Source of the DNA: the human T2T-CHM13v2.0 reference genome, Homo sapiens
Direction: 5' to 3' (one strand)
Length of the DNA: 64,000 nt
Assembly (NCBI RefSeq): GCF_009914755.1
Contig: NC_060944.1
Numbering within the stretch: position 1 is the first letter of the stretch; each line of letters starts with the position of its first letter. Made by a program: the position numbers and the translations under genes. A model generated the notes under the pieces. The model was given only the letters and a program-made list of their open reading frames with translations. It was not told the origin of the DNA and ran no database searches. Of this stretch, positions 22,608 through 36,515 are shown in pieces.

Positions 22608-24371
22608 GTAGGGGTTGACCCAGAAGTCTAAGGAGGCCACCACCCCGTAGGAAAGAGGAGCCAGCAGACAGCAGCGCCGGGGGTTATTGGGGACCCCCAA
22701 ATGGGGAAAGGTAGGGGTGTAGACAAAATCAGCAGCCCTGTCTGTATTTGACAAGCAGGGCAAGGAGGAAGAAAGCTCAAGGAGAGCGATGTGGAGGTGA
22801 CTCGATGACAGGGTCAGTGCAGGTGAGGGGAGTGGGCTACCCATTAATTCCCAGGAGCATGGTGGTCTTCCCAGCCCAGCCACACAGCTGCTAAGGGATC
22901 TTGCTTTCTGAGGAGTGTCTCTAATCGGGGCATTTGATTTACAGCAGCATTTCTGGGCTCCAATCAGGCATCTCATCCACAGAACATAAACCAGATTAAG
23001 AAGCTCTCTGAAGCATATTTGAAGTCAGTGACAGTTGAAAGGATATTAAAGTTTTGACTTCAAACTAGCTTAGCCAGGGCACACGGAGCAGGCAATACAG
23101 GTCTTCCTCCTGCCAGGAGAACCTTTACCATTCCCCGTGAAGGTCAGGATTGTTGGTTCAGGTGCGGGGACAAGGTGGGGTGGACTCCTACGCAAAATAA
23201 TCTGTGTTGGTGGCAATGTCAGGTGATCCTCCAGCAGCTCAGGAAAAATAAACTCTTCCTATGGCCGTTTCTTTTCCCTCGGTTCTGAACGGGAGGAGGA
23301 CACTGGGATGCCTGTTTGTGTTCTATGACTCTAGCCTCTAGGGTCATTCCTCAGGCCCCATTGCCAAAGAAAAATCATGGCTGTGTTGGTGGTCTCATCT
23401 GGCCTCATATTACCATAGGCTGGCTGGAAGCACAGCTGGGTACAGAGTCTGATTTTGAACAAAACTGTCACCTCTTTTGTCCCTTGGCAACATCCCTCAG
23501 TGCCACATAAGGTTTGTTTTTGTGTACCTGATTCACCATCTGTCTCAGGGTTAGCAATCCAAGTTCTGAAATCATCTGGGCTTCACAAGCATGATTAGCT
23601 GTTGATCTGGCTTCTGTTGACTCTAAACCCCGGGTTGGGGGATTACAGATGTACCTAAGCAGCCTGTGCAGTGGGGCCAGACGCCTCCGTGGGTACAGCA
23701 TGTCCAGGATCGTTGCTGTCTGTTGCTGGGCTCACCACCCCAGCAAGGAGGAGGTCACGCAAGGGAACACAGAGCTTGTAGTCAGAAAACAGGGGTGCTT
23801 GTCAGGTCACCTCTCTGAACCTCAGATCTCTCTCGTGTAAGGGGCTGGCCCCTTCGAGAGGCTCAGTGTGGAATAAAATGGCTCTTATCGCAGTGGGCTT
23901 GGCAGCCCGCCACTCCTCATCTTTGCTGGTGGAACCTCTAGTTGGTTTCGGTGTCCACCCTCCTCCACGCTGGGAGTGTGTTCAGGATGAGGATCCCATC
24001 CCCGTGCACGGGGTCAAGTCTGATTGGAGGCGATCATTTCTGGCTGTCACATTCCTTAGACCAGGGCTCAGTCTAGAGCGAGCAAGTATTTTAGGCCTGG
24101 CCAGTGAGGCAAAGATAATGCCTGCTGGGGCCTTCTGAAAAAAATTTCCTTAAAAAGAGGCTCAAAGAAGAGAGATGTCTCTTTTCTTTGGCTGGACGTT
24201 ATTAGGACTAGATGTGATGCCTGTGACTACGTGAACCATCTTGTGAATGTGACAGCCTGGGGACAGAGCTTGCACACTGGGGATGCAAGATCAGGGAGAT
24301 ATTAATAGAAAGGACGTGGGTCACTGCTAGGAGCTGTGGCTCTTGCGCACTCGCCATCCCTGGCCTCACCC

Positions 24372-24619
24372 TGCTGTAGAACTTCTTGATACGTGAAATA
24401 ATACAAAGTCCTTATTGTTTCAACAATTCAGAAGTGCTGGCTTCTGTGACTTGCAGATCAGTTCACCCTAAATGCCCTGCTCCTCCAAGTGGCCCCAGCA
24501 TCATCAGCATGGGGAGCTTGTGGGAAATGCAGACTCTGAGGCTCTCCCCACCCCCCCGCAGCATCACCCTCTGTTCCTTAGTGAGATCCCCAGGCACTTC
24601 GTGTGCATACTGACGTCTG
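24372..24619 (+). repeat. Local dispersed duplication, copy 1 (MLT1 3' end + MER5-like junction)
   Basis: Shares long exact stretches (attcagaagtgctggcttctgtgacttgcagat; caccctaaatgccctgctcctccaagtgg; ggggagcttgtgggaaatgcagactctgaggctct) with 25374-25594. Confidence 0.9.
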
Positions 24620-25373
24620 AGAAGCTCCGCCGATGGGTTTACTTTTTGTCCAACGTGTTCTGTGGAGGAGGACTTGGGTTTTGACAATACTGGGTTCAAT
24701 TTTTTCTCGAGACAGAGTAGGAGGTGTTAGCTATGCAGATTTTGAAATCTCAGCTGTGTCAAGGAATTGGGGAAAAGCTCAGGGAGGAAGGTGGAGGGCC
24801 TAGCTGGTCTCTTAAATAAAATTATGAGAGAGTTGTTTATTAGTTTCTGCTTTACCCAACCATTTTTCATTGACTCGTGTTTGGGTACCACATCGATTTT
24901 AATCTAAAGCCGTGACTACAGTAAAATCTCATTAATTCAGGCCTCACCAATTTTGAAGTGATAATTTAAATGGAGGCTGGGCTGGCTGGCGTGAGAGCAG
25001 GATTGAGAGCAAACTGTTCTGAAGGACTTGGGCCCACCAGGTGGGTGCAACGAGATGCTTCCAATTATAAACGACCCTTGGTGTGTTTGAGTTCAGCAGG
25101 AGCCACACTTGGAAATCAATCCATCAACAAAGAGTTATTGAGTGTCCCTTATGCAAACGTCCCCGGCTGGCAGAACACACTTGGTTAGAAGTTACTTTTA
25201 ATCATTACCCATGCTGGAAGTATCAGATTTCTTTAGGAAATGCCATTTCTTAAGCAGCCTGTGTTCCTATCCTAGGCCACCTTCCCCACGTGTGCCAGAG
25301 CACTTTGCTCTTGAACAGCCCCCTCTCTCTCCCCCGTGTCAATTCCTCTTTACCCTCCAAGGTGTTTATAACT

Positions 25374-25594
25374 TGCTGTAGGAACTCTTGGATTGTAAAA
25401 TAACATGAAGTCCCTATTGTTTCAGCCATTCAGAAGTGCTGGCTTCTGTGACTTGCAGATTAGTGCACCCTAAATGCCCTGCTCCTCCAAGTGGTCCCAG
25501 CAGTGTCACTGTGGGGAGCTTGTGGGAAATGCAGACTCTGAGGCTCTGTTCCTTAACAAGATACCCAGGTACTGGGTGTGCACACTGAAGTTTG
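25374..25594 (+). repeat. Local dispersed duplication, copy 2
   Basis: Direct copy of 24372-24619, lacking the segment bounded by ctct microhomology. Confidence 0.9.
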
Positions 25595-25599
25595 TTTCT

Positions 25600-26860
25600 A
25601 TCCTTTTAGAAAGAGCTCTCTGATCTTGATTCTATACTCTCCTCCAGCCACACCCTATTTTCCTGCTTCCCTTTGTCTCCTCTAAGAGTTGCCTGCTCCC
25701 ATCTCCAGCTGTCCTCCATTTTCATTCAAACACACTGAAATTCAGCTTCCATGGCGCCCCCTTTCCATATGCATGCATGGCCTGAGGCCACGCACTCATA
25801 GTCTCTCCTCTCCGCTTGCTGTCCGCATCAGCCACCTTGCACATGCTTGGTCACTCTCCTTTTCTGGAAAGACTTTCTTGCTTGTCCTCTAGGACAAACT
25901 CTTGATTCTCTGTGAAGCTCATGGGTCACTCTGGCTCCGTCGTCTTTGTGGCTTCTCCTCTTCTGAGCTCTGGGTGTTGGGCTGCAGGACCCGTTCCTCC
26001 CTCTCTCCTGGGTAAGTGGTGGAGAGTGCGGCTTTGAGCGCCTGTTGGAATGCCGATGGGCTCCATGTTTATATTTCTGCCTGGGTTGCTGCCCCACCCA
26101 ACTGGTCCCCTCACTGCCCCACTGCCCCTACCTACCTCATGACTTCTCGTCTGAAGGGGTTCATCCCAGGAGGTTTGCTTCTTGGGTAAATTTCAACTCC
26201 ATTCTTCCTTGGGCCCCGGGCAAAACTCTCGGAGGATCCTTGATCCTTTCTCTGTCTCACACCTTACATCTAATCCACCAGCAAGTCCCCTTGGGCCTGC
26301 CTTTGAAGCATAGTCTGAATCTGGCCATTTGTCGCACCTCCATCACTGTCTCTTGAGTCCACGTCACCATTCCATTTCCCCTGATCATAGACCATCCACT
26401 TCTCATGGCTCCCCGGCCCTGTCATCTCACCCTAGAGGCTTTTCTTTGCCAGGTAATCCGTGGGATCCTGTGAAAACCTCAGTCAGGTCATGCTGCTCTC
26501 TGGTCAGATCTTCCTATGGCCTCCCTCTCACTTGGGGTAAAGTCCCACGTCCTTCCCGTGGCCTCGAGGGCCTGCACCTTCCTGTTCCCAGCCAGCCCCA
26601 CGGGGCTCCCTGCTCTTCCTCCATTGCCACAAATGCGTGTTTCAGCCCAGATGGTTGACACGTGATTTCCTCGATTTCCATGACTGGTTTCCCTCCGACG
26701 GGCTCACTCCTACTTTATTTGATCTCTACTCAAAGGTCTCCTACTTTATTTTCCAGCGTGATGGTTTTGCCACCTTGCCTGTGAGATATTTATGTGTTTC
26801 CTGCCTGTGACTCCTTCTGGAATGGAGGAGCTTCAAGGGCAGGGCCTGGGTTGTTTTGGT
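25600..26860 (+). mobile_element. L2 LINE fragments
   Basis: cttgatcctttctctgtctcac..taatccaccagcaagtcc..cagtcaggtcatgctgctctc..ctccctctcacttggggtaaagtcc, typical of the L2 3' half. Confidence 0.65.
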
Positions 26861-27744
26861 TCCTGTAGCACCCTCCACCCCCAGGAAGCATTTCTCAAAT
26901 GAGCAAGTATGCCTGCCCGTGGAACTTTTCTGAATTTGGGCTGAACTTTTCTGGCCTAGACAAAAGAGGAGGACTTTGGAGAGGATGCAGAGTGGAGCCT
27001 TCCATTCTTCCCTGGTGAGCTCTCAGGGCAGTGCCCATATGGTGTGCCAAGCCTAGGAGACACTCCTTCGCTGTAGCCAGCCTGGCACTGGCTGGATGCT
27101 GGGCTGCCTATCCTGGGGGCCGTGGCCCAGTGTGAGGCGTTTGCAACCGTGCGTGTGCAGCACATGTGCGTGCCCACACATGTGGGGTGTGGTCTGCATC
27201 CAGAAGCAGACATTTATGTAAATTTTCATTTATGTAAGCACATAAATGAAAAGATGATCACAGATTGTGACAAATGCCACAAAGAAAATAAATAGGGTAA
27301 TGCAATAGTCACAGTGAGGAGGGATACTAATTAGGTGTTTTTTAAAAAATCAGGTATAATTACATATGGTAAAATGTACAGACCAGGTGTTTACTTTGAT
27401 GAGCAGTGGCCAGCGTGCATACTCCTGTCCCTGCAAGGGTATGGAACACTTCCTCTTCCATCTGTCTTCCCTGCTGTCCCTCCCCAGTCATTCCTAGAAG
27501 GGACCCCTAGATGACTGGCCAGGGAAGGCCTCTCTGAAGAGGTAGCATCTGAATTGAGCCCTGAAGGAATAGGAGGAGGTGGCCACAGGAGACCTGGGGG
27601 ACAGTGCCCAGATGGAGGATGGTCCAGGAGGCAGCATGGCAGAGAGGAGTGGCTGAGACAGAGCCGCAGTGTGAGCTGGCTGGTGGGCAGACCACGTTGG
27701 CCCTTGCCAGCTAGGGGGATGCACCTGGCCTTTATTCTCCATGA

Positions 27745-28182
<438 letters not shown>

Positions 28183-28437
28183 TAATTTTAGACTCACAGG
28201 AAGTTACAAACGTGGTGCAGAGTTTTCCCGTGGTTCCTACACCTCTCTTCTACTGATAGCACCTTATGGAAGCACAGTGCCTTATTCAGCTGTCATCAGT
28301 TTTTGCATGCATTTGTGTGTGTGTATGTTGTGTATGTATGTGTGTGCATGTGCATGTGTGTATGTGTGTGTTGTGTGTGTGTATCTAGTTCTGTGCCGTT
28401 TTATCACCTGTGTAGATGCATGGAACCCCCAATGCTA

Positions 28438-28752
<315 letters not shown>

Positions 28753-29929
28753 ACACAGAACTGTGTAGCCCCGTGAAGTTGCTGCCTGTGTGGCCCCTTC
28801 ATGGTCGTAGCCCACCTCCCTAACCTCTGGCCAGCACTCATTGGTTCTCCACCTCTGTAATTTCGTCATTTGGAGAATGCTATACATTGACTCACACGGT
28901 GTGCAGGATTGGCCTTTTTCATTTCACTCAGCACAAAGTCCCTGAGATTCCTGTATGTTATTGGTGCATCCCATGCTCGTTCCTCCTTCTGGCTGAGTAG
29001 AACTCCATGGGGGGCTTACCTATCCACCTGTTGAAGGACATTTATACCATTTATCCTATTAACTAGACTCAGACCATATGCAGACTTCAGGATTCCTGAT
29101 GGACGTTGGACCAGAGCCAGCAGCCCTTGGGTTGGGTGTGGTTAGAGCAGAAATGAACCACCTGGCCTTGGTTTCCTCATTTGTAAGATGGGCATAAGAA
29201 CAGTACTTCCCACACAGCCTTGACGATGGGATTCAGGGAGCTAGGAAGGGCCTGGCACTTGGTAAGAAGCTGACCAACATTTGCTGTTATTAAAGAGACA
29301 GGGCCATTAATATGCTTGGAGGAGAGAAGGTTCTCTTGGGTGGGTGTCGTGAGAGGCATAGCATTTAAGCCGGGCCTGGAAGCACATTACTGGCTTCAGC
29401 ATCGTGTTCCTTTTCTCCCTGTGTTTTTCCAGCAAGATGTGAACTGTCGTAGCCATTGGAAGGTGTGAGGGTTTGCAAAGTGTGAAAGGGCCCCTAAGTT
29501 TCCAGGGTGCACTGAACTGCTGGCATCCGGCCTGGCACCCTGAGCAAACAGACACCTGATGGTTCTCTCTTCACCCTACACATTGCTGGGGCGAGGCCCA
29601 GAAAAAGAAGTTTGAGGCGTTTGGCTTCCCTCCCCTCCTAATGAGCAAGACAGGCTGTGTGAACATGTCCTGTGGATGTGGGTGCACCTTGGGGCTTCTA
29701 AACGCCAAAGGCACTTTGGAAAGGCAAGGTGCTCTGTCTGGTGGCGCTTGATGGTGATGTTGGAAGCTGCTGGTAATGTGATTAATCCAAATTTGAGTCC
29801 CAGAGATGAAAAATGCCCCAAACTCACCCTGGGTATGGACACATCTGTGCCTTTGGTGTTTAATGGATATTCTGAATGGTTCTTGGGTGGGAGGTCTGGG
29901 AGTTGGGGACAGTTTTCTAGCCTCTGCTT

Positions 29930-30130
29930 TCAGGACTCAGGAACCTAGTGTCTGGGTGGGGCGCTTGGCCCTGACACTTTCTGCCAGTGGGACTTTGACA
30001 ATGGCTGAGCTCTGTGAGCCCCTGTTTCCTCATCTGAAAGGAGGGCTAGTAATCCTCTTATCACAGCTGGTTGTGAGGCCTGAGTAAATGGGCGTGGAAG
30101 CATGTGGTGCATGGTAGGTGCTCAGTAAAC
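29930..30130 (+). mobile_element. MIR SINE
   Basis: ctctgtgagcccctgtttcctcatctgaaa..gttgtgagg..tggtaggtgctcagtaaac. Confidence 0.7.
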
Positions 30131-30999
30131 ATGAGATGTGTCTCGCTCAGTAAACATGAGATGTGTCTGAATCCATCTCCCTTTGAAACACTCTTTTGTG
30201 GGCAAGGTTGAAGGAAATGCTAGACTCCCAGCATTAACCTTCCAGCATCCATCTTGGGTCTTGGGACCACTTCTTGGTCTGGAGTTGGAAAAGGCGTCCT
30301 CTCTGCCCCTTCCTTTCATATGTTTGAAAACAGCTTTGTGGTCATCAGTACCCAAGTCACCATTTCTGTACTTCACGTTCATCTCCAGCTCACATTCTGA
30401 TGTCCTCGGAGGACAGGAACCACACTCCTAATAAAGGATTCCTACTAATAGTCAGCTCCCGCACTAAAGCCAGGGTCCTGGTCCAGGTGTGATAGCCTTC
30501 ATGTGTGTCAGCTCAGGGGGTCCTTGGGAGAGCTTCTCATGGTGGGTGTCATCACCTCTGACTTGACAGAGGGGAGGTGGAATTCCTTACTTACTGATAC
30601 ATGCCAGTGTGTCTGGCTCCAGAAGTCTTGGCCTCGAGGGGTTTCTTGCTGCCTACTCTGCCCTGCACCCCATGGTGGTCCTTTCCCGTTTGTCTTCCAC
30701 TCTACAGACCCCAGCCCCGTGCAGGTGTCCCTCTGAGCACCGGGATCCTTAAGGAGTGGCCTGGGCTAGAGCAAGGAGGCCTGCTCCTTGGCACATTTTT
30801 AAGGGAGTAAGGGATTGAGTGGGTGATGGGTACAGCCCCAGGGAGGTGTGAAGCAGCACCTGCAGGCATGGCAGGGACCGCCTTGTGAGCCCTTGTCTCC
30901 AGGGCGTGAGACAGATTTATCTCTATCCATCCAGGCATGGCCAGGTCTTTAGAGTGCTGGCATTCTTTGTGCCTCATTAAATTGCTCTTTTCTTCTTAA

Positions 31000-31800
31000 A
31001 ATGAAAACTGTTTTCATTGTACTTTTTTTCATTATAAAAATGGTACATGATCACTGTAAAGAATTCAAAGCACACAGGAAAGCATAAAGATAAAAATTAA
31101 AATCCCTCCAGTTCTCTCCACATAGGGGTAACATTCTGGATGCCTCTTCTTTGGTGTCTCACTGTGCACAGCACACATACACCCCATTGTATGAGAAATT
31201 TCACACAAGTGGGAACATTGTCCTGTGCTGTTCTGTAACTTGCTGTTTTTTTTCTGCACAATAATATGATAGAGTCATCTTTGTGAGTTAAAAAATAAAA
31301 ACTGTAGCATTCTATCAGCATTTTAAATGACTGCCTTGCATTTCAGCGATGTCCCATAATTTAGTTGCTCAAGTTTCTTCTTGTTGGAGGTTTAACTCTT
31401 TTTTTTTTTTTTTTGGCCATTGTCTGACTTCAGTAAACTGTCTTGTATATGCCTATAGTGAATGTGTTTGATTATGTTGTCAGGAAAAATTTTCTAGACG
31501 ATTAATCGCTGTGCCCATATTGCCAAGCTGGTCTCCAGAAAGTTTACTATTTCACATGCCCATCAACAGGGCTGGAGGAGGCCTCTTCCCTGCAGCCTTG
31601 CCAAGCCCAGCTTTGGCAATATCTCACCTTCTTCTCAGTCTGGTGGATAAAAAATGACATCTCATTTTCACCTGCTTTTCTTTTGATGATCAGAGAGGTG
31701 AAGTATCTCTTCATAGGCTCCTTGGACATTGGCATGGCTTCTGGAAATGTCTTTGCCTATTTTTTTTTCAATTGGGCACCTTGTCTTTTTCATACTTTTT
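31000..31800 (-). mobile_element. Old L1 (L1ME-like) fragment
   Basis: T-rich antisense L1 motifs: tattgccaagctggtctccagaaag..cacatgcccatcaacag..gacatctcatt..gaggtgaagtatctcttcatagg. Confidence 0.6.
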
Positions 31801-32068
31801 TGTAATCACCAGATTGCTACACTGGTGAATTAACTTGAATCCTCAGCAAACTTTCAACTTCATCTCAAGCACCCCTCAGCTGGAAGAAGGTGAGCTGGTC
31901 AGGGCTGAAGGCCGCTTCTCCAGCCTTGCTGGCCCGGGTGAGCTGTGCCAAGAGCCAGCTGGGCTGAGGCTCCACTCTGCTGAGGCTCCCAAGGCCTGAC
32001 AGTGGCCCATTACACTGCTGACCACAGCTGGAAGCTTCTCAACTGACCTGTTAGGGTATGTTCAACCT

Positions 32069-32695
32069 CTGGTCCTGCATGACGTCCGTAGGATCACTTT
32101 GGGCAGTTGCTATGCTCCGGTCCTGCATGACGTCCGTAGGATCACTTTGGGCAGTTGCTATGCTCCGGTCCTGCATGACGTCCGTAGGATCACTTTGGGC
32201 AGTTGCTATGCTCCGGTCCTGCATGACGTCCGTAGGATCACTTTGGGCAGTTGCTATGCTCCGGTCCTGCATGACGTCCGTAGGATCACTTTGGGCAGTT
32301 GCTATGCTCCGGTCCTGCATGACGTCCGTAGGATCACTTTGGGCAGTTGCTATGCTCCGGTCCTGCATGACGTCCGTAGGATCACTTTGGGCAGTTGCTA
32401 TGCTCTGGTCCTGCATGACGTCCGTAGGATCACTTTGGGCAGTTGCTATGCTCTGGTCCTGCATGACGTCCGTAGGATCACTTCTTTGGGCAGTTGCTAT
32501 GCTCTGGTCCTGCATGACGTCCGTAGGATCACTTTGGGCAGTTGCTATGCTCTGGTCCTGCATGACGTCCGTAGGATCACTTTGGGCAGTTGCTATGCTC
32601 TGGTCCTGCATGACGTCCGTAGGATCACTTTGGGCAGTTGCTATGCTCTGGTCCTGCATGACGTCCATAGGATCACTTTGGGCAGTTGCTATGCT
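32069..32695. repeat. Minisatellite/VNTR, 13 x 48 bp
   Basis: Unit c(c/t)ggtcctgcatgacgtccgtaggatcactttgggcagttgctatgct. Units 2-7 have CCGG; units 1 and 8-13 have CTGG. Unit 9 has a 3-nt insertion (cacttctttggg) and unit 13 reads gtccAtagg. Confidence 0.98.
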
Positions 32696-34753
32696 TGTTT
32701 TTCCAGTAGGAAAACACACCTCCCCCGTCAAGTTCTTATCCAAACTCAATTTTTGTGATAATTTAAAGCAATGTATATGAATGCAGGTCTGTCCATAGGC
32801 ATCTCCATGCAGAACCAGATGGCCCTGCCCATGGGCAGAACAAGTGGCCCCGTGTGTGCCTCAATTTGACAGTTGCCAAGGAGGAAAAGGGAATAGAAAG
32901 CATGGATTTTGGGTTATGGGTGTAGGGCTGGGGACACAACAAGCAGCAGATAAAGGCTGGTTGACCAAGTGAGGAAGAAGCACATGCTGGAGTCCAGGGG
33001 TCAGAGACTCAAGAGCTCATCTCCCTGCATTCTGTCATTTTCCAGCTTGGAAACAGACACTCAGAGAAGGGAGGCAGCTCAGCGGCAAGGACGAGCCCTG
33101 GAGCAAGAGTGCATGCCTCCCCCTGGCTCTCTGCTCCTTTAGGCCCTACTTGACTTCCATGCTGCTCACTCTCAGGTCCCAGAGAAGAGCGCATCATTGC
33201 CATCAAGTGCAGGTCACTGGTCAGCAGTGCCGTGGGATAAGACGATGATAAGCACATGCCTTCTGGGCTTGGCCCATGGTGGGGCTGCTGCTCTTTGGGG
33301 CCCTGATATGGGAACACCTCACAGCTCAGATGCTCCTCCTTGGTTCCCAGCAGATGTCTTGGGCATGTTTCTGGGTCAGCTTCCTGCTGGCTTCTCAGTG
33401 GCATTGAGGACCACCCCAGAACCCTCTAATGTGGACTATCATGCCCAGAATCTTGCTGAATGGTGGACAGAAAGCAGTGGCTGTAGCAGCCAGCAGATCC
33501 CCTGCTCCCCTCCTGCTCTCCCTCCCTACCAAAGAGGACTCGAAGTAGCAGAACCCAGGCCCAAAGCAGTCCCTCTATCCACGGTGATCTTGTGTCCTTG
33601 TTCGGTTATTTTCTTGTCTCTTGTCTGTATTTCCTTATGGGGACTGTGCCATCCTGCTCATCACTGTCACCCAGCACCAAGGACAGTGCCTGACATGTAG
33701 AACGTCATTGATTGCTGAATAAATGAGGAACAAGGAGACTGAAGGGAAAACAGCTGCATGGGTCTTTCTTTATCCGCTTTTCTCTCTTGACCTTTAAGCA
33801 GATGGAAACTGTGGGCTTTCTCTTTAGTCTACTCTGAGAAGCTACAGGTGAGATACTGGACCTCTCAGAGACCTGAGAAGGACAAGAGAAACCCAGCGGT
33901 CCCACCATGGGCCAAGCCAGAAGGCATGTGTTTATTGTCGTCTTGGCTCAAGACACTGTTCTCACATGCTTGGCTCCCCATAGACTGGCTGCGTGGTCCT
34001 TCTGTTCCCAACCTCTCTGTGCTCATCTGGGATGGGAGCGTCTGTAGTCTTCCTCACAGAGCCCTGGAGCCACATGGGTTGGGGTGGAATCTCAACTTTG
34101 CTTCTTACTAACCGTACAATCTTGGGGAAGTCATTCGATCTCTTTGTGCCTCAGGTTCCTCTTATAAATGAGACTAATGAAAGCACCTGGCTTAGAGGGT
34201 TGTGGTGAGGATTGAGGAATACCATGCATGACAGGTATCCACCTCCACTGGCCCCTTCCCCTCCAAGATGGAAAAAAAACCATCTGCATGGCAGCAGGAA
34301 CATTGATTACTGGTTCCTCTACACCAGCTACCCCAGCAGTCCTCTTTCAGCCTCTCGGTAGCTCTAAGGAATAACGACTATTATTATTCTTGTTGACCCA
34401 TAAGGAAAATAAGCCACAGAGAAGGGACTCACACAAGATCACTGGGCTCATGTTCTACTGTTGCTGTAGAAAATTACTACAAATTTAGCAGCTTGAAGCA
34501 ACACCCATTTATTATCTCACAATCTGTTTGTCAGAGGTCCAGGAATAGCATGTCTCAGCTGGTTCCCTGCTCTGAGTCTTACAAAGGTAAAATCAAGAAG
34601 TTGGCAGAGCTGGGTGTGGCAACTCATGCCTGGAATCCCAGCACTTTGGAGGCGAGATTGGGAGGATCACTTGAGCCCAGCAGTTTGAGATCAGCCTTGG
34701 CAACATAGTAAGCCTCCATCTCTACACAAAATAATAAAAAAAAAATCCAGGCA

Positions 34754-35087
<334 letters not shown>

Positions 35088-35090
35088 TTA

Positions 35091-35164
35091 TTAGGTTGGT
35101 GCAAAAGTAATTGCGGTTTTTGCCATGACTTTCAGTGGCCACAGTTACTTTTGCACCAACCCAA
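35091..35164. mobile_element. MADE1 (Hsmar1-derived MITE)
   Basis: ttaggttggtgcaaaagtaattgcggtttttgcc..ttacttttgcaccaacccaa palindrome with TA duplication at 35089-35090 and 35165-35166, splitting the Alu motif cccagcTActtgggagg. Confidence 0.95.
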
Positions 35165-36044
35165 TACTTGGGAGGCTGAGGTGGGAGGATTGCTTGAACC
35201 CAGGAATTTGAGGCTGCAGTGATCCATGATGGCACCACTGCACTTCAGCTTGGGCAACGGAGCAAGACCCTGTCTCAAAAAAAGTCAGTAGGCTGTGTTC
35301 CTTACTGGAAGCCCTGGGGAAGAATCCACTTCCAAGCTTATTCAGCTTGTCATCAGAATTGAATTCCACGTGGTTGGGGGACTGAGGTCCCTGTTTTCTT
35401 ACTAACTGTGGACTGAATACATTGTCAAGGTCTAGAGGCTGCCTCATTCCTTGGCTCATGGCCCCCTTCAAGGCCAGCATAGGCTGTCAAGTCCTTCTCA
35501 TGCTTCGAGTCTCTCTTCCTTCCCCTCCTGCCTCATCTCCTACCCTCTGCTGCTGCTTCATTGCCCTGCCTTTCTCTTCTGCTTTTAAGGGTTCATGTGA
35601 TTACTTCAGCCCCAACTTTATAATTGAGAGTATTTTTCCTATCTTAAAGTGAGCTAATTTGTAACCTTAATTCCATCTGCAAAGTCCTTTTGCAGCGGTA
35701 CCTAGATTAAAGTTTGATTGAATAACCAGGGGATGTGGTTAGAATTCTGCCTTCCACATTACCCAGAAAGTAAATGGTGGGACAGGACACCAGCTCTGTC
35801 CTGAGATCCTGGAGCTCAAGATACCCTCTGACACCCAACTGTTGCTGCACCTGCATGTTCATGTTTAAACCTGCCATGATCCTTTGCGGTAGATACTGTA
35901 GCTCCCTCTTGATTGCAGTCCAAAACCTCCCCCCTCCTCTGAGCTTTCATCCTGATATTTGGCTCATTCTAGGATAAAATGTTGGAATTTGGCCATATTC
36001 TTTTCTTCCTCACCAGACTCCAGATTTCTGTAAGGCAACATAGC

Positions 36045-36515
36045 AGAGGCTACAAGTTGTCCCCCAAAATCTTTTTTCCTTTCTATCTCATAGCAACAGA
36101 TCCCCCAGGTTTTATCTGGGCACGTGGTTACCCGGAATAGAAATAAAACTTTCTACCTTCTCTTGCAGCTAGGGATGGCCTGATGACTAAATTCTGGTGA
36201 AAGAGCTGTGATCAGGAAAGAGTTATGCAGTTTTCATGTCCCAACCTTAAAGGGAAGGGGCGCATCCACCTTCCACCCCTTTGTTCCTCCTGGAATAAGC
36301 TGGTGAAGCACCTTGGACTATGTGGGCAAGGGCATTTGTTAGGGAGAAAGAGCAACCAGTTAGAAGGAGCCTGGGTCTTTGACTTTGTGGATCCATCACC
36401 CACCTCTGGACTGTCTGTGTTGTGATTATTATACAGAAGAAAAATAAACATTCATCTTGCTTAAGCCACTGTTATTTGGGGTCTCTATTACAAAACCCAA
36501 ACTTTCATCCCAAGA
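36045..36515 (+). mobile_element. Old MLT1 (J/K-like) LTR
   Basis: tctcttgcagctagggatggcctgatgactaaattctgg..agaaggagcctgggtctttg..aaataaac..ttaagccactgttatttggggtct. Confidence 0.7.

Noticed and set aside
32051-32780. Three long overlapping ORFs (232, 240 and 219 aa), and a CRISPR-like appearance
   Set aside because: These are by-products of a 48-bp (multiple of 3) tandem unit that lacks stops in those frames. There are no unique spacers and no cas genes, so it is a minisatellite, not a CRISPR array or a gene.
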